A stretch of 53,816 nucleotides of DNA from a virus (taxonomy: Duplodnaviria; Caudoviricetes): IMG/VR virus record IMGVR_UViG_3300037423_002159, positions 1 through 53,816 of that record; one strand, given 5' to 3'. The translations under genes and the position numbers were made by a program. Shown piece after piece: positions 46,170-53,816 of this stretch (the first letter of the stretch is position 1; the number at the start of each line of letters is the position of its first letter). Under the pieces are notes generated by a model. That model saw only the letters and a program-made list of their open reading frames with translations, was not told the origin of the DNA and did not search any database.

Positions 46170-46236
46170 CGACCCCAACACCGATCCCACCAGGAGAAGC
46201 AGGAAGTACGCGCATCGTAGCAACTCGGGACAAAAG

Positions 46237-46355
46237 TGGGAACGGGAATCGCCGGGGCGGCGGGCGAGGTTAACCCCCCGCCTTCGCCGTCGCTGACCGG
46301 GTCTCCTCGGAGGCCTTACAGCGCCTATACGCGTCCCGCGGCGCCCCGGCGCCCG
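46237..46355 (-). ncRNA. Candidate structured RNA abutting the tRNA 3' end
   Basis: 10-bp perfect helix 46342-46351/46250-46259 with flanking short helices; ends in CCA followed by CTTTT. Confidence 0.4.
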
Positions 46356-46428
46356 TGTCTCGCCAGGGACTCGAACCCCGGACCGTCGGCTTAAGAGGCC
46401 GCCGCTCTACCAACTGAGCTAGCAAGAC
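46356..46428 (-). tRNA. tRNA-Lys(CTT), CCA not encoded
   Basis: Acceptor GTCTTGC/GCGAGAC; D arm GCTC-AGTTGGTA-GAGC; loop CT-CTT-AA; T loop TTCGAGT. Confidence 0.95.
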
Positions 46429-46506
46429 GCGAGATGGGTGGGCCCGGGTCATCGCTGCCGTGACGACCCGGGCCCGAAGGTGTCCCCCACCTTGAGAGGG
46501 AGAGTA

Positions 46507-48504
46507 TCACCAGATTGCCCCGATATCTGCCTTCTTCTCCTCTTCGGCCTTGCGGTTCATCACGAGCCGGCGCAGCATCCGGGCGCCGACGGCCGCGACC
46601 GCGAGATCGATCTTGCGCTTCGAGGTCCGCGAGCCCTTGTGCAGCGAGGTGCCGTAGCCCTTCGGGTGGTCGTAGCCTCGAGCGTTCAGCAGATGCGTGA
46701 CCAGCGACGGGTGGCCGTCGATGTGGAAGCTCGGCGCGAACTCCTCGACGTCGTTCTTCGTCTCCAGCTCGCCGATGAACCGCTCGGCGGCCTTGACGAA
46801 CGACTGCTGGTGCTGCGGGTTGGTCATGTCCCACATCACCGAGTGCTGGTTGTCGCCGCTCTTGGTCGCCCAGGTCAGGTACTGCTCGTGGTAGCGCTGG
46901 TGCCAGCCGTCGATGTAGGAGTCCCAGTACCGCGTGTCGTCCTCGTCGTCGAGGGCGTGGCTGGGGTCGGCGAAGAACGCGACGACGTTGAAGCGCCGGT
47001 GCGCCTCGTCGACCCGGTGGTCGACCTCGCCCCGCGGGGCGAGCCATTTCTTGCCGCGCTCGCCCTTCGGCTGCTGCCACACCCCGACGACGAAGACGTA
47101 GCCGTCAGAGATCCGGCAGCCGACCAGCGCCGTGGAGTCGCGCGACTTCGAGCCGTCGAAGAAGAGCACGACGGGCTCGGTCGTGCCGACCGCCTCCCAG
47201 CCGATCCGGAGCTGGTCGATCTTCCCGCCGGTGGTCTTGCCCGGCTTGGCCTTGCGCAGTTCGGCGACGTAGGGGTCAACGGCCCGGCGCACCGCCTCCG
47301 GGTGGGCCCATGAGTCCTCGGCGGCCAAGACCTGGTTGTAGTAGAACCGCCGGCTCGTCGCGACGCTGTTCTCCTTGCCGGGCGCCGGCTTGAGGATCTT
47401 GTCGACGATGGCGTCGACCTCGAGCCACCACGCGTCGCCGCGCACCGCATCGACGATGGCCGTGACGTAGGCGCGAACCTCGGCCTCGGTCGGCTCGCGG
47501 AAGACCTTCTTGCCCGTGGTCTCGTCGTTGCCGGTCCAGACATCGGGCAGGTACATCAGCGCGTCCGGGGCGGCCTCGAGGCTGTCGTACATCGTCGTGA
47601 CCTTCCAGCCCGACGCGACCTCCTCCTCCCAGGCCTCGCGCTCCTGCTGGGCGACCGACTCCTCGCCGGGGTTGTAGGCGTTCGTGATCGACAGCGTGCG
47701 CGCCGTGCCGCCCTTGGACTTCGTGACGTTGCGGTCGATGACCTCCGACATCTCGTGGCCCTCGTTGTTCGCGAGCCAGTGATGCGTCTCGTTCTTGATG
47801 ACGAGGGTCGGCCGGCCACCCTCGAGTGCGCGCGGCGAGCTCGTGACGGCTTCGATGCGGGCCTTGCCGCCGTGGGCGTAAATGATCTCCTTGCCCAGGT
47901 CGATCCGGTGCTCCTCGATGGTGGCCTTCGTGAACAGGCCCGGGAAGAGCGTCATCGTGTTGCGGGTCTGGTCCTTCGAGACGGCCGCGATCTGGATCCA
48001 TGCGCGCTGGTGGCGATGGCCGACCGGGTCGCCCTCGCGCAGCCCGAACGCCGGGTAGTCGTTGGCGGCCCAGCCCTTGAATCGGGACGGGCCGACCAGC
48101 TCGACCGCGGCGATGACGGCGGCCAGAGGATCCTTGCCCCAGCCCTTGAGCCTCTGGAGCACGATGTCGCGGAAGACGAACTTGCCGTGCTCGTCGACCG
48201 CGTACATCCACAGGATGAAGCGAAGCTGCTCCTGCGTGAACCGGAACTCGAGCGGCTGGCCCCACTCGTCGGTGTCGTCGAGGCTGTTGAGGTGCCCGGG
48301 CACGCCGAGCTCTGGGATGCCCTCGACCCAGGCCTGAATCTGCCAGCCGAGGGTCCGCTCGGGCAGGATGTACTTCTGGCTGTCGGCCATGCCCGGCGAC
48401 CAGCCGGGGTTCATCGCCCAGGTCGGGCCGAAGCTGACCGGGGCTGGTGGAGTAGGAAGCTCACCGATGCCGAGGGCGGCGTGCTCCTCGACGAGGGCGG
48501 TCAT
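46507..48504 (-). CDS. Terminase large subunit
   Basis: Walker A RLKGWGKD; NETHHW; RRFYYNQ; FFDGS; KIDLAVA. Confidence 0.95.
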   Translation of the reverse strand: MTALVEEHAALGIGELPTPPAPVSFGPTWAMNPGWSPGMADSQKYILPERTLGWQIQAWVEGIPELGVPGHLNSLDDTDEWGQPLEFRFTQEQLRFILWMYAVDEHGKFVFRDIVLQRLKGWGKDPLAAVIAAVELVGPSRFKGWAANDYPAFGLREGDPVGHRHQRAWIQIAAVSKDQTRNTMTLFPGLFTKATIEEHRIDLGKEIIYAHGGKARIEAVTSSPRALEGGRPTLVIKNETHHWLANNEGHEMSEVIDRNVTKSKGGTARTLSITNAYNPGEESVAQQEREAWEEEVASGWKVTTMYDSLEAAPDALMYLPDVWTGNDETTGKKVFREPTEAEVRAYVTAIVDAVRGDAWWLEVDAIVDKILKPAPGKENSVATSRRFYYNQVLAAEDSWAHPEAVRRAVDPYVAELRKAKPGKTTGGKIDQLRIGWEAVGTTEPVVLFFDGSKSRDSTALVGCRISDGYVFVVGVWQQPKGERGKKWLAPRGEVDHRVDEAHRRFNVVAFFADPSHALDDEDDTRYWDSYIDGWHQRYHEQYLTWATKSGDNQHSVMWDMTNPQHQQSFVKAAERFIGELETKNDVEEFAPSFHIDGHPSLVTHLLNARGYDHPKGYGTSLHKGSRTSKRKIDLAVAAVGARMLRRLVMNRKAEEEKKADIGAIW

Positions 48505-48773
48505 GTCGCGTTCAGCACCCGGTTCGAGACCCACTGCGGGCCGGCGTTGTTGCCGCGCGCGATGCAGCGCTTGAGGACGTCCACGATCTCCTGCGCGCCG
48601 GCGAAGCCATCGCGCCACCCCGGCCACTCGAGGATCAGGTCGCCCTCGGTGAAGCGCACCCCCTCGAGCACCTGGGGCCGCGTCACGAGGATCGCCTCAC
48701 GCGCCGACAGCCCGGACTGGGCGCGGAAGGTCTTCGCCTGGTGCTCGTTGCACAGCAGGATCGTCTTCACCAC
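48501..48773 (-). CDS. Hypothetical protein
   Basis: ATGA overlap with the terminase large subunit. Confidence 0.7.
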   Translation of the reverse strand: MVKTILLCNEHQAKTFRAQSGLSAREAILVTRPQVLEGVRFTEGDLILEWPGWRDGFAGAQEIVDVLKRCIARGNNAGPQWVSNRVLNAT

Positions 48774-48955
48774 ATCCCCCTCGCCCGCGTCTCGCGCGTG
48801 TCGAGCTGGTCGAGTGCCTGCCGGAGCAGCTCGTGGATCGCCGCGTCGTCGAGGCCGTCGTTGTTCTCGAGCTGGATCTCGTAGCCGTCATCGGGCGAGC
48901 CGACGAAGCGGATCGCGACGGCCGGCGCGACCGTCTCGGTCATCTCAGGCGCCAT
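48767..48955 (-). CDS. Hypothetical protein
   Basis: GAGGT RBS; overlapping tiling. Confidence 0.65.
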   Translation of the reverse strand: MAPEMTETVAPAVAIRFVGSPDDGYEIQLENNDGLDDAAIHELLRQALDQLDTRETRARGMW

Positions 48956-49196
48956 CGGGCACCACCTCGACGACGCGGCCGAAGCCGATGTCGTAGCCGT
49001 ACCAGCGGGTCAGGTTCTCGGTGCCGCCCAGGTTGCTCAGGACGCCCCACTCCTCGGGCGTCATGTCCAGGTCGGTCGGCGCGGCCGGGACGATGGTCTC
49101 GAACTGGGTGCCCGTGAGCCGGACCGTGACGACGCGGTCCAGCGCCCCGACGAGCTCGACCTCGCGGCCGGCGTACATGCCGGTGAGGATCTTCAT
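48945..49196 (-). CDS. Hypothetical protein (KOW-like start KILTGMYAGRE)
   Basis: GAGGAG RBS. Confidence 0.7.
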   Translation of the reverse strand: MKILTGMYAGREVELVGALDRVVTVRLTGTQFETIVPAAPTDLDMTPEEWGVLSNLGGTENLTRWYGYDIGFGRVVEVVPDGA

Positions 49197-49312
49197 GGCT
49201 GGGGCTCCTCTTCCTCGGCGGGCGGCGGCACCTCGGGCAACGGCTCGACCTCGACCGGGATGGTGCCCGGCACGAGCTGGGTGACGGTCTCGGGCACCTC
49301 GCTGTCGCTCAT
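49193..49312 (-). CDS. 39-aa acidic Pro/Glu-rich peptide
   Basis: ATGA overlaps at both ends. Confidence 0.5.
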   Translation of the reverse strand: MSDSEVPETVTQLVPGTIPVEVEPLPEVPPPAEEEEPQP

Positions 49313-49857
49313 GCGCTGCCCCTCTGGTTCGGCCGGTCGAGCCGGTCGCGGCGGATCTCGATGACGTTGTCACCGGTCGGCGCGGCGACCTGCTGCTGGA
49401 TCGCGCCCTTCTGGCGCTCGACCTCGATGCGCAGCTTGCGCCGCGAGCCCTCGGTGAACATCAGCTCCGACAGGGACTTCATGATCGCCGTCAGGACGCC
49501 GCCGGGCATCGGAACGGTCATCTCGACGATGGTGCCGGCCTCGGGGCCCTGCTGGATCATGACCTCCTGCGGGTTCAGCCAGCGGGAGAGCTGCTCGAGG
49601 GTGACGAAGAGCGCCGACCAGTCGGACGGCTCCATCCACTCGCGGATCGCCGAGGTGCGCGCGGCCCAGTAGGCCTGCATCGCGAGCGGGTGCCACTCGG
49701 GGTTCGGCGCCGGCGCGGAGACGAGGTAGGGATCCTCGAGCATCTCGTGCGAGACCACGACGGTCTCCACGGCATTGCTCGCGCCGGACTCGGTCGTCGT
49801 GTTCCGACGACGGCGCTCGGCCTGTCGCTTCGGGACGGGCCCGGTCATCCCTGGCAT
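49309..49857 (-). CDS. Terminase small subunit
   Basis: GPVPKR..RRRRN; WHP.A; EPSDW; TEG.RR.LRIE. Confidence 0.88.
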   Translation of the reverse strand: MPGMTGPVPKRQAERRRRNTTTESGASNAVETVVVSHEMLEDPYLVSAPAPNPEWHPLAMQAYWAARTSAIREWMEPSDWSALFVTLEQLSRWLNPQEVMIQQGPEAGTIVEMTVPMPGGVLTAIMKSLSELMFTEGSRRKLRIEVERQKGAIQQQVAAPTGDNVIEIRRDRLDRPNQRGSA

Positions 49858-49928
49858 TCTCGCCGCCTCCTGTGGCTACTTCCCGCCCCGGTGCTGTCCG
49901 GGCCGGACGAAGCACAGCATAACGCGAC

Positions 49929-49959
49929 AAGAGCCGCGACCCGGGAGGTCGCGGCTCTT
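49929..49959 (-). terminator. Terminator ending the replication operon
   Basis: 13-bp stem AAGAGCCGCGACC/GGTCGCGGCTCTT. Confidence 0.8.
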
Positions 49960-50133
49960 CGTCACTTCTGGGACGCCTTGCAGCGGTCCAGCGGGCAGTG
50001 GCAGTGCAGACCGAAGACGCGCCGGCAGTCCGGCGGCCCGGCGGCTACCCGCCGTGGACTGGGCACTTCGCCGGATCCTTGCCGTGCCCCTTGAAGGGGT
50101 TCGACAGCGAGCAGTCGCAGCGCGGCTCCTCGG

Positions 50134-50340
50134 TCAGCCGCCGCATGCGTCGGCCTCGAGCTCGTCGGCGACCTCGCGCAGCAGCGCGACGATCTGGCCG
50201 GTGCTCTCGATGGTGCCGGACGACGTGACCACGAGAAAACGCTGGTTCACGAGGATCTCGGCGTACCGCACCTCCCCGAACTCGTGCGACGGCTCGGCCA
50301 TGTGTAGGACGATCTCGCGCCTGGGCTTCTCTTCTGCCAT
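50134..50340 (-). CDS. Hypothetical protein
   Basis: GAGGAGG RBS. Confidence 0.75.
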   Translation of the reverse strand: MAEEKPRREIVLHMAEPSHEFGEVRYAEILVNQRFLVVTSSGTIESTGQIVALLREVADELEADACGG

Positions 50341-50350
50341 GGGGGCCTCC

Positions 50351-52939
50351 TCAGCCGATTCCGTGGGCGTACTGCTCGTGGTGGGCCGGTACCGGCTGCA
50401 GGCGCACCCGGACCCGGAACATCGACCGACGCGTCTTCGGGTGCAGGAACTTGCTCTCGGCGCCGAGCCGCTCGCGCAGCGCCATCGAGAAGGCCCGGCC
50501 GGACATCGGCTTGTTGCCGTTGAGGCTGCACCAGGACGCGTAGGCGCCGTAGACCGCCTCGAACTCGGTCTCGAAGCCGCCGTCGACATCGAGCCGCTCG
50601 TGGATGAACGGCCACACCGGGTCGGCCTCGTCGATGTGCTCGTCGGAGCGCTTCTGGACCTCGTCCGGGGTGACCAGGCCGGGGCTCGAGGCCCACGCGA
50701 TGGCGCCGCGGACCAGCCAGGCCAGTACGCCCTCGGACTCGGTGGCCACGATCCGGTCCTTGAGCGTCTTGTCACGCTCGTCCTTGGGGATCTGCACCTC
50801 CCACGGGACCAGCCGCAGCCGCCGGCCCATGCCGTCGCCGCCGGACTCGAAGCCGGGGAGGTGGTTGGTGGCCATGTGGATCTTGCCGGTCGGCTTGAAC
50901 TCGAAGAAGTCCTTGTGCAGGTGCCGGGCGGTCATGGTGTCGCCGCCGACGAGCTCCTTGACGCGCTCGTCGTCGAGCTTGCGGCCGGTCGCGGTCTCGC
51001 TGGCGGCGAGGAACCGCGCGCCGGCCATCCTGGCGACGTCTGCCGGGATGCCCGCGTTGCCGGCGGGCTTGCTCAGCAGGGTCTCCCGGTCCAGCTTCTG
51101 ACCGTAGTTGCCCAGCACGTCCTTGACGACCTCGAGGAAGGTGGTCTTGCCGGTCGCGCCCGGGCCGTTGTGCAGGAAGATCGCGTGCTCGTCCATCCGG
51201 CCGGTCATCGAGTAGCCCAGGACCATCTGCAGCCAGTGCCGCATCTGCGGGTCCGGCTGGACCCGCTCGAGGAAGGACTCCCACAGCGGGCACTTCGCGT
51301 CCGGCACGTAGGCGACGTGGCTCTGGTGGCGGAACATCTGGGACGGGTGGTGCTCGACGGCCTGCCCGGTCGCGAGGTTCACGGCGCAGTTGGCGGCATT
51401 GAACATCATCGGGTCGGCGTCGAACAGCCCCAGCTTGGTCTGCAGCCGCGGGTCCGAGCGGGCCATCTTCGTGGCCCCCTGGACCCGGGCGTACATCTCG
51501 CTCTTGCCGCACCAGGAGATGAAGTCATCCCGGTCCGACTTGGGCTTCTTCGCCTCGACGTCCTGCGGCATGTCCGAGTGCAGGTAGGCCTCGTGGTCCT
51601 TGGCCAGCTCCATGGCCGACTTGACGTACGCCTCGACCCCGACGTCCGAGGGCAGCATGCGCCACACCCCGCGGTCGTAGGTCAGCCACGCGTTGGCGTC
51701 GTCGGCGTAGCGGATCACACCGCCGTGCCAGGCGACCAGCCGGTTCGCGTTGCCGAGGTCGGACAGTCCGAACGGGCCGGCGGCGGGGGCACCCTCTCGG
51801 TTAGCCCCAGCCGCCGAGAGAGGGTCCGGATCTCCTCCCGTCACCTCCCAGCCGTCGAAGGCTCCCGCGACCGCGCGAGCGGCCGGTGCCGGCTCCGGGC
51901 GGGCCTTGCCGCCGACCGTGCCCAGCGCCGAGTCCCACTTGCGGGCCGGGTCGTAGCCGGGCTCGGCCGGCGGGCAGTGCTGCAGGAACTGGGCATGCGC
52001 CTCGTCGATGGTCAGCCGCGACCAGGGCGCGTTCGCCAGCTCGATGAGCTGGCAGGCGACGGCGTGCGTGGTGATGTCCCACGGCTCCCCGCCCCAACCC
52101 GCCGCGCGGAGCTGGTCGAGCCGGCGCAGCTCGCCGGTGACGATCGAGGCCTCATAGGCGGCGTGGCTGCCAGGTGTCCCCGCGGGCGCGCCCGCCCCGC
52201 CCACAGGGGTGGCCGGTGCGGCGTCAAAGGCGTCCGCAGCACCGTTGGCGAACGGGTCATGCGGCGCGGGCGCCGGGCGCTCGACGGGCCGGACGGCCTC
52301 GAGGAGCCACGCGGGCGCGGGTGCCGGGCGGGCCATCACCTGGATGTCGTACGAGCCGGCGTGGCTGACGCTGCCGGGGCCGACCACCATGCCGCCGGTG
52401 CCGCGCACGTCCACGCCGGGGGCGATCTTCTTCGCGCTGTTGCGCACGTCGAAGTCGGGCATCGTGAAGTAGTAGTGATACCCGCCCGAGCCGGTCTTGA
52501 CGACGAAGGTCTCCGGCATCGGGCCGTGCTGGGCGAGCAGGTCGCGCATGCTCTCGAAGCCGCGGTCCTTGGGGTCGATGTCGAGCACGAAGATGCCCGA
52601 CGGGGCGCCGGTGAGGATGCCGACGTTCATCCGGCGCCGGGCCGGGAAGAAGCCCTCGCCGTTCGGGCGCGGCGAGCGGCCGTCGCGCAGCTCCTCGAAG
52701 ATCGCGACGCCGCGCAGGTCGCCCTGCCAGTTCGCGGCGATGTTGTGCTTGCCGGCCGAGCCTCCGCAGTTGCCGCCGCGGGGGCAGGAGCAGGTCTTGC
52801 CGTCCGGTCCGACGACGTGCAGCGGGGTGGGCTTCCAGCCGCAGGACTCCACCCAGCGGGCGATGGTGATCGCCTGCTCGGCGGTGGGGGAGGCAGCGGT
52901 CATAGGGGTCTCCTGGGTGGGTTCGGTGGGGATCGTCAC
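50351..52939 (-). CDS. Bifunctional primase/polymerase fused to a D5/P4-like SF3 helicase
   Basis: NVGILTG, VLDID, TGSGGYHYYF, DVRG.GG; SDLGNA.RL; GPGATGKTT, TNHLP, RRL..VPW. Confidence 0.95.
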   Translation of the reverse strand: MTIPTEPTQETPMTAASPTAEQAITIARWVESCGWKPTPLHVVGPDGKTCSCPRGGNCGGSAGKHNIAANWQGDLRGVAIFEELRDGRSPRPNGEGFFPARRRMNVGILTGAPSGIFVLDIDPKDRGFESMRDLLAQHGPMPETFVVKTGSGGYHYYFTMPDFDVRNSAKKIAPGVDVRGTGGMVVGPGSVSHAGSYDIQVMARPAPAPAWLLEAVRPVERPAPAPHDPFANGAADAFDAAPATPVGGAGAPAGTPGSHAAYEASIVTGELRRLDQLRAAGWGGEPWDITTHAVACQLIELANAPWSRLTIDEAHAQFLQHCPPAEPGYDPARKWDSALGTVGGKARPEPAPAARAVAGAFDGWEVTGGDPDPLSAAGANREGAPAAGPFGLSDLGNANRLVAWHGGVIRYADDANAWLTYDRGVWRMLPSDVGVEAYVKSAMELAKDHEAYLHSDMPQDVEAKKPKSDRDDFISWCGKSEMYARVQGATKMARSDPRLQTKLGLFDADPMMFNAANCAVNLATGQAVEHHPSQMFRHQSHVAYVPDAKCPLWESFLERVQPDPQMRHWLQMVLGYSMTGRMDEHAIFLHNGPGATGKTTFLEVVKDVLGNYGQKLDRETLLSKPAGNAGIPADVARMAGARFLAASETATGRKLDDERVKELVGGDTMTARHLHKDFFEFKPTGKIHMATNHLPGFESGGDGMGRRLRLVPWEVQIPKDERDKTLKDRIVATESEGVLAWLVRGAIAWASSPGLVTPDEVQKRSDEHIDEADPVWPFIHERLDVDGGFETEFEAVYGAYASWCSLNGNKPMSGRAFSMALRERLGAESKFLHPKTRRSMFRVRVRLQPVPAHHEQYAHGIG

Positions 52940-53364
52940 TGTACGCCCGGCTTTGCGGCAAATGGGTCACCCGACACGACGTAGCCGAGCTGCTGGTCTC
53001 GGGTCATCAGCTCCTCGGCGGTCTCCTCGAGAGCATCGCGCCAGGGGGTGACACCGGCGGGCACGTCGGGGCGGCGCATCGACGGCGGGCGCTGGCCGCG
53101 GTCGTGGCGGACGACCTCCTTCGCCGGCTCCTCGGCGGTGTCGACGATGAGGCGGGTGCGGCCGGCGTAGCGGTCTCGAGCCCTGACCAGCAGGCCGGGG
53201 AGGGTCTGCTGCAGGGCGTACCGTACGACGTCGGCCTCCGAGCGGAAGCCCGGGGCGGCGGCGGCGAGCTCGACGTCGAGCTTCATCTCCTGAGTGACCA
53301 TGAGGTGAAGTCGGTGGTCCAGCGGGGCGGATGTGGCGGGTGAACTGTCCTGGGGGGAGGGCAT
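52936..53364 (-). CDS. RHH (CopG-like) protein coupled to the primase-helicase
   Basis: RLHLMVTQEMKLDVELAA...SEADVVRYAL; GTGA overlap. Confidence 0.7.
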   Translation of the reverse strand: MPSPQDSSPATSAPLDHRLHLMVTQEMKLDVELAAAAPGFRSEADVVRYALQQTLPGLLVRARDRYAGRTRLIVDTAEEPAKEVVRHDRGQRPPSMRRPDVPAGVTPWRDALEETAEELMTRDQQLGYVVSGDPFAAKPGVQ

Positions 53365-53371
53365 AGGGACG

Positions 53372-53400
53372 AACCTAGTCAACCTGCGCCGGTTGCACAA
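53372..53400 (-). promoter_or_regulatory. Probable leaderless promoter with an inverted repeat in the spacer
   Basis: TTGTGC-N17-TAGGTT-N7-ATG; CAACC-N6-GGTTG. Confidence 0.6.
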
Positions 53401-53427
53401 GTCGGACACGCCGCTGTCGTCCCGGTC

Positions 53428-53705
53428 CGAGGGGATCTGCCCCGATGAAGGGTTCCCGCGAAGATCCCCTCGCGGCACGTTTCCGCAGGTCAGGGGCGGT
53501 TTTCCGACCACCGCCGAAGGATCGAAGGGTGGAAACCCCATTGCAGCCTACTGTGGCATAGAACGCCATACGTTAGTGACGATGTGCCTCATATGTGTAA
53601 CCCCGTCATACATGCCTTCATAGCCTACAGATGCCCTCTGACCTGCGGAAACACTTATATACATACCTTCGATACATCCCTTCGAGAGTATATAAAAGCC
53701 TTCGT
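53428..53705. other. Putative replication origin
   Basis: Converging GAAGG/CCTTC pentamers, 15-bp and 11-bp inverted repeats, most AT-rich stretch, adjacent to the helicase operon. Confidence 0.6.
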
Positions 53706-53816
53706 AGTAGTGGTTTAAGGGCCTGGCGTTAAATTTAGCCGGCCCGTAAGTGCGTCGCTAGGTCTCACTAGCTCTCACTGGGATTTAGTTGAATCCCGTA
53801 CAGATTTCCTGGCGCT

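Noticed and set aside
46290-46355. HDV-like theta or hammerhead ribozyme in the tRNA trailer
   Set aside because: I could not build the nested double pseudoknot or find the CUGANGA/GAAA core by eye
46356-46428. tRNA as an attP/prophage boundary
   Set aside because: No integrase recognised, no duplicated 3' end, and phage genes lie on both sides
49775-52984. 1069-aa + strand ORF
   Set aside because: Antisense shadow of the primase-helicase gene

Overview
The window looks like an essentially complete, GC-rich (about 70% by eye) actinobacterial siphovirus genome, given in reverse orientation. The + strand arm (about 0.25-22.6 kb) holds some 50 short, tightly coupled early/middle genes. These include an HhH-glycosylase-like first gene, a C5 cytosine methyltransferase, an HNH nuclease, a MazG-like pyrophosphatase, a PD-(D/E)XK exonuclease, an SSB-like protein and an endonuclease VII with an RNAP alpha-CTD-like N-terminus. 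The - strand arm (53.4 to 22.6 kb) runs: RHH protein, primase-polymerase/SF3 helicase, terminases, tRNA-Lys, portal, head, neck and tail genes (-1 frameshift chaperone, tape measure with M23 peptidase, double beta-helix tailspike), amidase endolysin and several membrane proteins. I recognise no integrase, ParAB, replicative DNA polymerase or HTH repressor. Most notable: (1) TCACT boxes over five predicted sigma-A promoters and at both ends, with the densest cluster beside a divergent RHH gene; (2) late units in which a hairpin is closely followed by a TATGCT-type -10 with no -35; (3) a ~120-nt base-paired element abutting the tRNA 3' end between terminase and portal; (4) a plasmid-like ori/RHH/rep module at the genome end. 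All calls come from reading motifs by eye; no database searches were run.
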